64,000 nucleotides of DNA from contig JAXLSX010000012.1 in assembly GCA_046330285.1 (NCBI GenBank), positions 4,228-68,227 of the forward strand. Direction: 5' to 3'. This document shows, in pieces, positions 43,939 through 55,052 of the stretch. The stretch comes from Solirubrobacterales bacterium. GTDB taxonomy: Bacteria > Actinomycetota > Thermoleophilia > Solirubrobacterales > 70-9. Every line of letters starts with the position of its first letter. Within the stretch, counting starts at the first letter, position 1. The notes beneath the pieces were generated by a model, which had not been told where the DNA came from, did not search any database, and saw nothing but the letters and a program-made list of their open reading frames with translations. The position numbers were made by a program, and so were the translations under genes.

Positions 43939-45828
43939 ATGATCAAGATGCCGACGAGCCGGAGGGGACGCGGGCTGATCGCGATCGCCGGGACGCTCTC
44001 CCTGGCGCTGCTCGCCGCCTGGCTGAGCCCGCCGAGCGCCGCCGCGGGAACCTATGAGGTCGTCCAGTGCGACCGCGCCAACCGCGAGTTCGCCGACGCC
44101 GCCTTCGACCGGGTCAACGGCGGCGACTACGGGTTCCTCTACCGCTGCGAGGAGGACGAGGACGCGAACTCGCTGCAAATCCGCCCGATCACCGGATCGC
44201 CGAAGGGCCGCTACGGCCGGATTTCCTGGTCGGCGCCGGAGGGGGCCCGGATCACCGGGGTCGACGTCGAGGCGCGGCTGCGGGACGACGCGGGGCACGA
44301 GGCGAGCCTCTCCTTCCTCGGTGACAGCGGCTCGACCGCGGGGACGATCGCCTCCGGGCGCGACTCGGCGACCGGTTTCGTCGAGGTCCACCGCGAGCTC
44401 GGCGACGGCGGCCGCGCCGGCTTCGCGGCGAATCTCGAGTGCGCCGCGGGCGGCGGCTGCGCGACCAGCGAGCAGGCGAAGGCCTGGGTCCGGTCCGTGC
44501 ACCTCACCGTTTCCGACCGGCGCGTGCCCACCATCGTCCCCGGCGGCTCGCTAAGCGCGCCGGGGTGGCATCGCGGCACCGGTGCGGTCGGAGCCGTGGC
44601 ATCCGACCTGGGCTCGGGCGTGCGCCGAGTCGAGGTGTCCGTGAACGGGAGGACGATCGCGCCGACCCGCTCGATTCCCTGTGAGGTGGTCGCCGGGTCC
44701 GCGAAGGTCCGGCGGATGCGGCCCTGCCCGCCGGCGTACGCGGTCCAGGCGGCCACCGACACCACCTCCGCACCGTTCGCCGACGGCCCGAACACCCTGC
44801 GCGTCTGCGCCCTCGACTACGGCGCCGGCGCCGAGCCGGGCTGCGCCGCGCGCACGGTCTACGTCGACAACTCGCCGCCGGAGCTCGCCTTCTCCGACCA
44901 TCAGGACCCCGAGGACCCGGAGCTGATCAGGGCCGCGGCGTCCGACCCGCACTCCGGCCTCGTCGCCTGGTCGCTCGCCTACCGGCCCCGCTCCGGCGGA
45001 GCCTGGCGCGAGCTGCCGACCCAGCGCGTCGGGAACGAGCTGCAGGCGCGCGTCGATTCGAGCTCGGAGCGGCCGGGGCCCTACGTCTTCCGGGCCCTGG
45101 CGGCCGATCGGGCGGGCAACTATGCGCTGACGACGTCGCGGGCCGACGGCTCCGACATGGTCCTCGACTTCCCGCTCCGCGAGCGGACCCGGATCCGGGC
45201 CGGAGTCGGCGGGCGGACCGATGCCGAGGTGGCCTACGGCTCGCGGCCCCGGTTCGAGGCGGTCCTTCGCGATGCGTCCGGCCGGCCCGTGGACGATGCC
45301 GAGGTCGAAGTCGTCGAGCGGTTCGCCGCGGGCTCCTCGCTCGAGCCGGCAGGGCGGACCCTGACGACCGATGGTCGGGGGCGGGTGCGGACCCGGCTCA
45401 CCCGCGGGCCGTCGCGAACCATTGTCGTTCGCTGGGCCGGCTCGCGCCGCTACCTCGGCGCCGAGTCCGATCCGGTCGCGGTCGATGTCCGCGGCGAGGC
45501 CCGGATCGATCGGGTCCGGCGCAACGTCCGCGCCGGGCGCCGCGTCGTCTTCAGGGGCTCGATCGGCGCGCTCGGCGCGGCGCTTCCGCACGGCAAGCTC
45601 GTCGAGCTCCAGGTTCGCGGCTCGGGGGTCCGGCGGTACCGGACCGTCGGCCACGCATTCCGGACCGACCGTCGCGGCCATTGGCGGATGCGCTACCGCT
45701 TCGACCGCTTCTACACCGAGCCGGCCCGGTTCCGGTTCCGGCTCCGGGTCCCGCGCGAGCGCCGCTGGCCCTACGTCGCTCCGGCGCTGTCGCGGCCACG
45801 TGGCCTGACGGTCCGGCCGCGGCGGTAG
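43939..45828 (+). CDS. Secreted multi-domain protein of unknown function (629 aa)
   Basis: Signal peptide (GLIAIAGTLSLALLAAWLSPPSAAAG). Cys-rich N-terminal domain, then beta-rich Ig-like or carboxypeptidase-regulatory-like repeats and an Arg-rich C-terminus. Confidence 0.7.
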   Translation: MIKMPTSRRGRGLIAIAGTLSLALLAAWLSPPSAAAGTYEVVQCDRANREFADAAFDRVNGGDYGFLYRCEEDEDANSLQIRPITGSPKGRYGRISWSAPEGARITGVDVEARLRDDAGHEASLSFLGDSGSTAGTIASGRDSATGFVEVHRELGDGGRAGFAANLECAAGGGCATSEQAKAWVRSVHLTVSDRRVPTIVPGGSLSAPGWHRGTGAVGAVASDLGSGVRRVEVSVNGRTIAPTRSIPCEVVAGSAKVRRMRPCPPAYAVQAATDTTSAPFADGPNTLRVCALDYGAGAEPGCAARTVYVDNSPPELAFSDHQDPEDPELIRAAASDPHSGLVAWSLAYRPRSGGAWRELPTQRVGNELQARVDSSSERPGPYVFRALAADRAGNYALTTSRADGSDMVLDFPLRERTRIRAGVGGRTDAEVAYGSRPRFEAVLRDASGRPVDDAEVEVVERFAAGSSLEPAGRTLTTDGRGRVRTRLTRGPSRTIVVRWAGSRRYLGAESDPVAVDVRGEARIDRVRRNVRAGRRVVFRGSIGALGAALPHGKLVELQVRGSGVRRYRTVGHAFRTDRRGHWRMRYRFDRFYTEPARFRFRLRVPRERRWPYVAPALSRPRGLTVRPRR

Positions 45829-45831
45829 GGG

Positions 45832-46314
45832 TCAGGACCCGTAGCGCTCGAGATCCTCACGAAGCCGCTTGGCTTCGTCCGAGGCGGGGTCGGGTCCGGC
45901 GGGGGGTGCGGCCTGGGCGTCCTCGCGGCGCTGGTCCCGGCGCCAGCGCCTGGCGGCGAGCGCGACGAGGACGGCGCCGGCGATGACGCCGACGACCGGC
46001 AGCACCCAGCCGCCGATCAGGTCGAAGCCGGAGTCGTCGGGCACCGCGAGCACCTCGGGGCCGTACTCGTCGACGAGGGCCGCCTTGATCTGCTCCTTGG
46101 TCTTGCCCTGCGCGATCAGCTCGTTGATGAAGACGCGCTCGCGCTCCGCCTGGGGCGAGTTCGAGAGCTGCAGCGTGGTGCCGCAGATCGTGCACATGAC
46201 CTCGTCCTCGATGTCGGGCAGGGACGCGTTCGTCTCCGCCGCCGCGGCGGCAGCGGGGAGCGCGAGCGCGAGCAGCGTCGCCGCAAGTGCTCCGAGTGCC
46301 GCGAGCCGCGTCAT
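45832..46314 (-). CDS. ccmH: Cytochrome c-type biogenesis protein CcmH
   Basis: Starts at ATG 46314 (ATGA overlap with ccmG). Signal peptide, MCTICG redox motif, ELIAQGKTKEQIKAALVDEYG, and a TM helix, paralleling E. coli CcmH. Confidence 0.85.
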   Translation of the reverse strand: MTRLAALGALAATLLALALPAAAAAAETNASLPDIEDEVMCTICGTTLQLSNSPQAERERVFINELIAQGKTKEQIKAALVDEYGPEVLAVPDDSGFDLIGGWVLPVVGVIAGAVLVALAARRWRRDQRREDAQAAPPAGPDPASDEAKRLREDLERYGS

Positions 46315-46835
46315 TGCGCCGCGTCGGCGCCGCTGATCAGGGGCGCGACCCGGTCCTCGAGGAACTGCTCGTCCATCGGCCCGCGTTGGATCAATGCCAG
46401 GTTGCCGTCGGGATCGACGAGGAACGATTCCGGGAAGCCCAGTACTCCGTAGTCGTCGCTGTGGTCGCCGGTGTCCTTGACCATGTCCCAGGTCAGGCCG
46501 TACTCGTCGATGAAGGCGTTCGCGTCGACGCTGTTGTCCTCGGAATTGATCCCCAGCACCGCCATCTCGCCCTTGTGCTCGCGGGCGAACTCCTCGATCG
46601 CCGGCGACTCGTCCTCGCAGGGCTTGCACCACGAGGCCCAGAAGTTCACGAGGACCCACTGCCCCCGGTAGTCGGAGACGCTGATGGTGCCGTCGCCGTC
46701 GAGGCGTTCGATCGGCGTATCGGGTGCGGGCTCGCCGACGGCGATGTCCGCACCCTTCTTCGCGATCAGCCCGAAGGTCAGCAGCGCGATGAAGGCGATT
46801 GCCGCGAGCACGGCGATGAATCCACGGTTCGACAC
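46311..46835 (-). CDS. ccmG: Thiol:disulfide oxidoreductase CcmG/DsbE (TlpA/ResA-like)
   Basis: Starts at GTG 46835. N-terminal TM anchor and the thioredoxin motif NFWASWCKPC. The longer ORF would run across tRNA-Gly. Confidence 0.85.
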   Translation of the reverse strand: MSNRGFIAVLAAIAFIALLTFGLIAKKGADIAVGEPAPDTPIERLDGDGTISVSDYRGQWVLVNFWASWCKPCEDESPAIEEFAREHKGEMAVLGINSEDNSVDANAFIDEYGLTWDMVKDTGDHSDDYGVLGFPESFLVDPDGNLALIQRGPMDEQFLEDRVAPLISGADAAQ

Positions 46836-46889
46836 GGCGGCGAAGGTTAGAGGTGCGAGCCGACCGCGCTGCCTAGAATGAGCGCCCCC

Positions 46890-46960
46890 GCGGGTGTAGC
46901 TCAATGGCAGAGCACCAGCTTCCCAAGCTGGTGACGGGGGTTCGATTCCCCTCACCCGCT
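46890..46960 (+). tRNA. tRNA-Gly (anticodon CCC)
   Basis: 71 nt fold by hand into a cloverleaf: acceptor GCGGGTG/CACCCGC, anticodon arm CCAGC-TTCCCAA-GCTGG, T-arm GGGGG-TTCGATT-CCCCT, discriminator U. No CCA is encoded. Confidence 0.9.
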
Positions 46961-47180
46961 TTGGCGGCCTGCGAGACGCCGGCTCTGCGTCCTCGTCGCC
47001 TTGCGGCCTGGAGGCCGCGGCGGCTCCTGCGTCCTTGATCCTGCGCCTCGCAGGCTCGCCAAAGTCCTCGCTCCCGCTTCGCGGTCGCTCGGCTGGGCCC
47101 GACACATATGTCTTCCCGTCCCGTACCACCGCGCCGACCGACCGGACCGGACGCGAAGCGGAGGATCCGGTCGGAGTTAT

Positions 47181-47885
47181 CTACGTTGGTTGCGAGCTTG
47201 GGCGGATCAGGATCTCGTTCACGTCCACCCGGTCCGGCTGGGTGATCGCGTAGAGGACCGCGTCGGCGATGTCGTCGGCCTCGAGGGCACCGGTGGGACG
47301 GTTGTCGAAGAAGGGGGTGTCAACCATGCCGGGCTCGATCAGGGTGACCTTGATCTGCTCGTTCTCGTGCATCTGGCGGAGCTCCTGGCGGAGCGATTCG
47401 CCGATGGCCGTGGCGGCCCACTTGGTCGCCGAATACAGCGATCCGGGGAGGGCTCGGCGGCCGGCGACCGAGCTGGTGATGACGTAGTGGCCGGTGCCGC
47501 GCTCGAGCAGGTGGGGGAGGGTGGCGCGGATCGTGTGGGCGACGCCGAGGACGTTGGTCAGGACCATGGTCCGCCAGTGCTCCGGCGATTCCTCGAGAAA
47601 GCCACGGGAGGCGCCGAATCCGGCGTTCGCGAAGACGACGTCGATGCCGCCGAAGGCCTCCAGGGATGCGGCGGCGAGGGCCTCGACCTGGTCCCACTCG
47701 GTCACGTCGCAGGTCTGGACGAGGATGTCGTCGCCGCCGCCGAGCTCGTCCCGGAGCTCGTCGAGCGGCTGCTCGCGCCGGCCGGCGAGAACGAGCCGAT
47801 CGCCGTTCTCGCGCAGGCGCTTAGCGGTGGCGGCGCCGATGCCGGTCGAGGCGCCCGTGATCAGGATCGTTCTGGGTTCAGTCAT
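47181..47885 (-). CDS. Short-chain dehydrogenase/reductase (SDR) family oxidoreductase
   Basis: 234 aa. TGASTGIGAA cofactor motif, NAG, and the YSATKWA catalytic motif. Confidence 0.9.
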   Translation of the reverse strand: MTEPRTILITGASTGIGAATAKRLRENGDRLVLAGRREQPLDELRDELGGGDDILVQTCDVTEWDQVEALAAASLEAFGGIDVVFANAGFGASRGFLEESPEHWRTMVLTNVLGVAHTIRATLPHLLERGTGHYVITSSVAGRRALPGSLYSATKWAATAIGESLRQELRQMHENEQIKVTLIEPGMVDTPFFDNRPTGALEADDIADAVLYAITQPDRVDVNEILIRPSSQPT

Positions 47886-47962
47886 CCCGGTGATTGATAG
47901 CAGCGGGCCATCGCCGGCCCGTCCCGGCCCGGGGACGGCACCCTGCGATAATCCGCGACCCG

Positions 47963-48387
47963 ATGGATCAGGACCGAAAGCGGAAGATCCGTCTCGTCGT
48001 AGCGCTGACTGCGGCCGTGCTCCTGGCCGTTGCGTTGATCTACACGTCCTTCAGCGCCGGGACCGAGGCACGCGAGCCCTCCGAGGTGCTCGCCGCCGGA
48101 CCGAGCAGCGAGACCTACCAGCTGACCGGCGAGGTCAAGGAGTACAAGCGGGACGGCACCGATCTCGAGTTCGAGATCACCGACCGCGACGGCGCCGGGG
48201 AGGCGCTGCCGGTGTCGTACTCAGGGGTCGTGCCCGACCCGTTCCGGGAGGGTCGTGAGGTGATCGTCACCGGTCGCCTCGACGACAGCGGCACGTTCAT
48301 GGCCGAGAAGGACAGCCTGATCACCAAGTGCCCGTCGAAGTTCTCCGACGAGGCCGCGGCCGACCCCGAGCACGTCGTGATCGAGCA

Positions 48388-48391
<4 letters not shown>
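47963..48391 (+). CDS. ccmE: Cytochrome c maturation heme chaperone CcmE, variant with CPSKF in place of H-xxx-Y
   Basis: Starts at ATG 47963. TM anchor. VSYSGVVPDPFREGREVIVTG aligns with E. coli [21 protein letters not shown]. The heme-binding region reads LITKCPSKFSDE, against LAKHDENYTPPE in E. coli. Confidence 0.85.
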
Positions 48392-50607
<2,216 letters not shown>

Positions 50608-50617
50608 GCCCCGCCCC

Positions 50618-50911
50618 ATGCTCGAGTTGCTGTTCGCGATCGTGCTCCTGGCCGTCGTCGCAGCCTGGATCTCGGTGCCGCTGCGCCGCTCCGGGGCTCC
50701 GGCCGAACCCGGCCTCGAGGATCCCGTCCTCGCCGAGCTCGAGGCGCGCAAGCAGGCCAAGTACCGCGAGATCCGCGATACCGAGCTCGACCACGCGCAG
50801 GAGAAGCTCTCCGACGAGGAGTTCGCCCGCCAGGACGCCGAGCTCAGGCGTGACGCGATCGAGATCCTCAAGGAGATCGACGCCGCCGAGGCCGAGCGCG
50901 GCCAAGGGTGA
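50618..50911 (+). CDS. Small membrane-anchored coiled-coil protein following ccmF (function unknown)
   Basis: 97 aa. One N-terminal TM helix, then a charged helical segment. 10 nt after ccmF. Confidence 0.5.
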   Translation: MLELLFAIVLLAVVAAWISVPLRRSGAPAEPGLEDPVLAELEARKQAKYREIRDTELDHAQEKLSDEEFARQDAELRRDAIEILKEIDAAEAERGQG

Positions 50912-50933
50912 TGGCCTAGACTGCCGCCCTCAC

Positions 50934-51158
50934 ATGGAGACGCTTCTCGGAATAGTCCAGGTTCTGATCTCGATCATCCTCGTCTTCCTGATCCTGCTCC
51001 ACTCGGGCAAGGACGCCGGCCTCTCCGGCGCCTTCGGGATCGGCGGCGGCGGCAGCTCGTTCGGCGGCGGATCGCTGGTCGAGCGCAACCTCGACCGCTG
51101 GACGATCTTCTTTGCGGTGCTCTTCGTCGTCAACACGATCGTCCTGCTCAAGATCTGA
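50934..51158 (+). CDS. secG: Preprotein translocase subunit SecG
   Basis: 74 aa from the internal ATG 50934. ILLHSGKDAGLSGAFGIGGG and two TM helices. TAGACT box 11 nt upstream and no SD. Confidence 0.88.
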   Translation: METLLGIVQVLISIILVFLILLHSGKDAGLSGAFGIGGGGSSFGGGSLVERNLDRWTIFFAVLFVVNTIVLLKI

Positions 51159-52128
51159 GCCACCTCCGCGGCGCCCGCCGCGGGCCCGTCGCCGGCTGCG
51201 CGCGCCGGCCCTCGCCGTCGCAGTCGCGGCCTCGTTCCTCCCGCTCGCCGGCTGCGGCCCCGATCCGCAATCCGGCTCCGCCGGCCGGACCGCGGCTCCC
51301 GAGCCCGGCGGCACCCTGACGGTCGCGGTCGCCGACCAGGTCGGCACGCTCGATCCGCTGCGGGTCGACGACCGGTCCGAGCGACTCGCCTCGCGGCAGG
51401 TGTTCGAGCCCCTGCGAACCTGGCAGACCGGGCCGTTCGGCGATACCCGCCGGCGCCCGGGGGTCGCGCGCTCGATCCGCCCGAGCCCGGACGAGACCGC
51501 TTGGACCGTCACCCTCCGCCACGGCGTCTCCTTCCAGAACGGCGAACCCCTCGACGCCGACGCGGTCCTGCTCAACGTCGACCGCTGGACGTCGTCCCCC
51601 CTCGGCCGGACGCTGCTTCCCGGGTTGACGGCCGCCGACTCGCCGCGTCCCGGCCGGGTGCGCTTCATCCTCGACCGGCCGGTAGCCGGTTTCGCGACGG
51701 ATCTCGCCGATCCCCATCTCGGCCTGGTCGCCCCGGGACCGCTGATCGGGCTCGGCGGCGGGTCGCTGCGGCTCGACGCCGCGGGGACCGGCCCGTTCGA
51801 GTTCCGCGGCCGCGAGGGCGGCTCGGTGCTGCTCGCCCGCAACGCCGAGTGGTGGGGGACCGATCTCGGGCTCGGGCCGGGGATCGACCAGGTCGAGCTC
51901 GGCCCCGAACCCGATGCCGGGAACCGGCTCGCGGCGCTCCGCTCGGGGACCGTCGAGATCGCCGACGACCTCGCCCGCGGCGCCGCCCGGAGGATCGCGG
52001 CGGCGCCGCTGCTGACGACGGTCCGCGGCTCGGCGGCGGTCGTCGGGATCGAGCGCTCGGTGCGCGGGATCGACTCCGCGGCCGCGGCGCAGTCGCTCGC
52101 CGACGTCTGGCTCACCGACCTGCGCTGA
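51112..52128 (+). CDS. Family 5 (peptide/nickel-type) solute-binding-protein-like lipoprotein, short form (possibly truncated)
   Basis: Lipobox LPLAGCG. GGTLTVAVADQVGTLDP and VSFQNGEPLDADAV motifs. At most 338 aa, where this family usually has about 500. The only canonical start (TTG 51112) lies 47 nt inside secG. Confidence 0.55.
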   Translation: MRCSSSSTRSSCSRSEPPPRRPPRARRRLRAPALAVAVAASFLPLAGCGPDPQSGSAGRTAAPEPGGTLTVAVADQVGTLDPLRVDDRSERLASRQVFEPLRTWQTGPFGDTRRRPGVARSIRPSPDETAWTVTLRHGVSFQNGEPLDADAVLLNVDRWTSSPLGRTLLPGLTAADSPRPGRVRFILDRPVAGFATDLADPHLGLVAPGPLIGLGGGSLRLDAAGTGPFEFRGREGGSVLLARNAEWWGTDLGLGPGIDQVELGPEPDAGNRLAALRSGTVEIADDLARGAARRIAAAPLLTTVRGSAAVVGIERSVRGIDSAAAAQSLADVWLTDLR

Positions 52129-52263
52129 CGGCTTCCGGTGACCGGGGAGGGGCGTCGAGGACGCGCGCCTTTCCCACCTTGTCGACCGGATCACTAGACA
52201 TACATCCTCCGATGTTGCTACTGTGCCGCGCCGTTGTTCACCAACTCAATCGAAAAGGTCAAG

Positions 52264-53322
52264 ATGCAACCCAACAACTTGATGCGCCGGCGCGGCTTTC
52301 GCGCGTCGATAGCGGCCTCGGCCGCACTGGCCCTCGGGCTCGGCGTCGCCGCCTGCGGCAGCTCGGATTCGAGCAGCAGCGACGGCACGAGCTCGAGCGG
52401 CTCGGTCAGCGGCAACGTAACCCTCGTCGGCTACTCGACTCCTCAGGACGCCTACGAGAAGGTTCTCGAGCCGGGCTTCCAGGCGGCTGACGGCGCCGAC
52501 GTCGAGTTCTCGAACTCGTTCGGAGCCTCCGGCGATCAGTCGCGGGCGGTCGAGGCGGGCCAGCCGGCCGACTTCGTCCACTTCGCGATCGAGCCCGACA
52601 TGAGCCGTCTCGTCGATGCCGGCCTGGTCGATTCCGACTGGCAGGACAACAAGTACAAGGGCGTCGTCGAGGAGTCCGTCGTGGCCTTCACGGTCCGCAG
52701 CGGCAACCCGAAGGACATCCAGGACTGGGACGACCTCGTCCGCGACGACGTCGAGGTCATCACGCCGAACCCGTTCACCTCGGGTGGCGCGCGCTGGAAC
52801 ATCATGGCCGCCTACGGCGCCCAGATCAATCAGGGCAAGTCCCCGGAGGAGGCGCTCCAGTACGTCGCCGACCTGCTCGGGAACACGGCCGTTCAGGACC
52901 CGAGTGCGTCCGACGCGCTCGCCACGTTCAGCTCCGGCAAGGGCGACGTCCTGATCAGCTACGAGAACGAGGCGATCCGGGCGCAGAACGCCGGCGAGGA
53001 CGTCGACTACGTGATCCCGGACGACACGATCCGGATCGAGACCGTCGGCGCCGTCACCTCCGACGCTCAGAGCCCGGAGGCCGCGCAGGCGTTCCTCGAC
53101 TATCTCTGGACCCCCGAGGGCCAGCAGCAGTGGGCCGACGAGGGCTACCGCCCGGTCGACCCGCAGGTCCTGAAGGAGAACGAGGACAAGTTCCCGACTC
53201 CGAAGGGGTTGTTCGACATCGAATCGCTCGGTGGCTGGGATGAGGTCACCACCGAGTTCTTCGATCCCGAGAACGGCTCGGTCGCTGAGATCGAGCGGAA
53301 CCTCGGAGTGAGCACCGGCTGA
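52264..53322 (+). CDS. cysP: Sulfate/thiosulfate ABC transporter substrate-binding protein
   Basis: ATG 52264 with AAAGG upstream. Lipobox VAACGS. Sbp/CysP-like motifs (SFGASGDQSRAV, ISYENEAI). Confidence 0.88.
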   Translation: MQPNNLMRRRGFRASIAASAALALGLGVAACGSSDSSSSDGTSSSGSVSGNVTLVGYSTPQDAYEKVLEPGFQAADGADVEFSNSFGASGDQSRAVEAGQPADFVHFAIEPDMSRLVDAGLVDSDWQDNKYKGVVEESVVAFTVRSGNPKDIQDWDDLVRDDVEVITPNPFTSGGARWNIMAAYGAQINQGKSPEEALQYVADLLGNTAVQDPSASDALATFSSGKGDVLISYENEAIRAQNAGEDVDYVIPDDTIRIETVGAVTSDAQSPEAAQAFLDYLWTPEGQQQWADEGYRPVDPQVLKENEDKFPTPKGLFDIESLGGWDEVTTEFFDPENGSVAEIERNLGVSTG

Positions 53323-54155
53323 TGAGCGGCAGCGCTCAGCCGGCAGCAGTGAGCCTCCCGAGGCCGGCCTTCAGGCCGCGCCTCGGGAGCGCGCTGTTGT
53401 CGAGAGGCATCGTCGTCACGTGGCTCAGCATCATGGTGCTGATCCCGCTGGCGGCGGTCGTCTTCCGCTCGTTCGAGGACGGCTTCGGCTCGTTCTGGGA
53501 ATACGCCACGAACCCGCAGGCGCTCGACGCGCTGAAGCTGACGGTGCTCGCGGCGCTCGTCGTCACGGTGATCAACGTCGTCGTCGGCACCGCGATCGCC
53601 TGGGTCCTGGTCCGCGATGACTTCCCCGGCAAAAAGCTGATCGACTCGATGATCGATCTGCCGTTCGCGCTGCCGACGATCGTCGCGGGCATCACGCTGC
53701 TGGCGCTCTACGGCAACGACAGCCCGGTCGGGATCACGGTCGCCTATACCGTCGCCGGCGTCGTCATGGCGCTGCTGTTCGTGACGCTGCCGTTCGTGGT
53801 CCGCGCCGTCCAGCCGACCTTGATCGAGCTCGACCGCGACATGGAGGAGGCAGCGGCCTCGCTCGGCGCGAGCCGGTTCACGATCTTCCGCCGGATCGTC
53901 CTCCCGAACCTGCGGCCGGCGATCCTCGCCGGCGCCGCGCTCGCGTTCGCGCGGGCGATCGGCGAGTTCGGTTCGCTGATCCTGCTGTCGGGGAACATCC
54001 CCGGCAAGACCGAGGTCGCCTCGGTCTTCATCTTCGGCCAGATCGAGTCCGGCAACACGACCGGGGCGGCCGCCGTCTCCGTCGTCCTGCTGGCGATCTC
54101 GCTGGCGATCCTGGTCGCGCTCGGCGCGATCGCGCGTCGAGGGGAGGCGATCTAG
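53322..54155 (+). CDS. cysT: Sulfate ABC transporter permease CysT
   Basis: 277 aa. EAA loop EEAAASLGASRF.IFRRIVLP. TGATG overlap with the binding-protein gene. Confidence 0.9.
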   Translation: MSGSAQPAAVSLPRPAFRPRLGSALLSRGIVVTWLSIMVLIPLAAVVFRSFEDGFGSFWEYATNPQALDALKLTVLAALVVTVINVVVGTAIAWVLVRDDFPGKKLIDSMIDLPFALPTIVAGITLLALYGNDSPVGITVAYTVAGVVMALLFVTLPFVVRAVQPTLIELDRDMEEAAASLGASRFTIFRRIVLPNLRPAILAGAALAFARAIGEFGSLILLSGNIPGKTEVASVFIFGQIESGNTTGAAAVSVVLLAISLAILVALGAIARRGEAI

Positions 54156-55052
54156 ATGGAGGCGTCGGCATTCCCGATCTCCGGCGAGGAGCAGCAGTTC
54201 GAGCAGCGCTCGAAGAAGCCGCAGAAGCGTCAGGGGCCGATGGACGGCGGCTCGAGGTGGGCCCGCTGGGGCCTGCGTTACAGCGTCCTCTTCTACCTCG
54301 CGGCGCTGCTGATCGTCCCCGTGGTGATGATCTTCATCCGCACGTTCGAGGACGGGTTCTTCCAGTCCTTCGAGGCGGTGACCAGTGAGAACGGCCTGCA
54401 CGCCCTGAAGCTGACCGTGATCACGGTGCTGATCGCCGTCCCGATCAACACCGCGTTCGGGATCCTGACCGCGCTCGTGCTGGTCCGGCAGAAGTTCCGG
54501 GGCAAGGCGTTCCTGAACGCGTTGATCGACATCCCGTTCGCGATCTCACCGGTCGTGATCGGCCTCGCGCTGGTCCTCCTCTACGGGCCGCGCGACGGAT
54601 TCGTCGGTCAGTGGTTCTTCGACCAGGGAATCCAGATCATCTTCTCGACGCCGGGAATCATCCTCGCGTGCATCTTCGTCTCGCTGCCCTTCGTGGTGCG
54701 GGAGGTGGTTCCGGTGCTGCGCGAGATCGGCGACGAGCAGGAACAGGCGGCGACGACGCTCGGCGCCAACGCCTGGCAGACCTTCTGGCGGGTGACCCTG
54801 CCGTCGATCCGCTGGGGTGTGACCTACGGGATCGTGCTGTCGACCGCACGCGTCCTCGGGGAGTTCGGCGCGGTCAGCGTCGTCTCCGGACGGATCTCGG
54901 GCCAGACGGAGACGCTGCCGCTCTTCGTCCGCAAGCAGTTCGAGGTCTTCAACCAGAGCGGTGGCTATGCCGCGGCGATGGTCCTCGCGGCCATCGCGAT
55001 GCTGACGCTGCTGTTCATGAACCTCATCAACAGGAAGGGAAAGAACGTCTGA
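54156..55052 (+). CDS. cysW: Sulfate ABC transporter permease CysW
   Basis: 298 aa. [24 protein letters not shown] loop. Starts immediately after the cysT stop. Confidence 0.9.
   Translation: MEASAFPISGEEQQFEQRSKKPQKRQGPMDGGSRWARWGLRYSVLFYLAALLIVPVVMIFIRTFEDGFFQSFEAVTSENGLHALKLTVITVLIAVPINTAFGILTALVLVRQKFRGKAFLNALIDIPFAISPVVIGLALVLLYGPRDGFVGQWFFDQGIQIIFSTPGIILACIFVSLPFVVREVVPVLREIGDEQEQAATTLGANAWQTFWRVTLPSIRWGVTYGIVLSTARVLGEFGAVSVVSGRISGQTETLPLFVRKQFEVFNQSGGYAAAMVLAAIAMLTLLFMNLINRKGKNV

Noticed and set aside
46836-47129. N-terminal extension of the ccmG ORF (longest ORF 46311..47129)
   Set aside because: The extension would read straight through tRNA-Gly on the opposite strand. An in-frame GTG at 46835 gives a normal TM-anchored thioredoxin-like protein.
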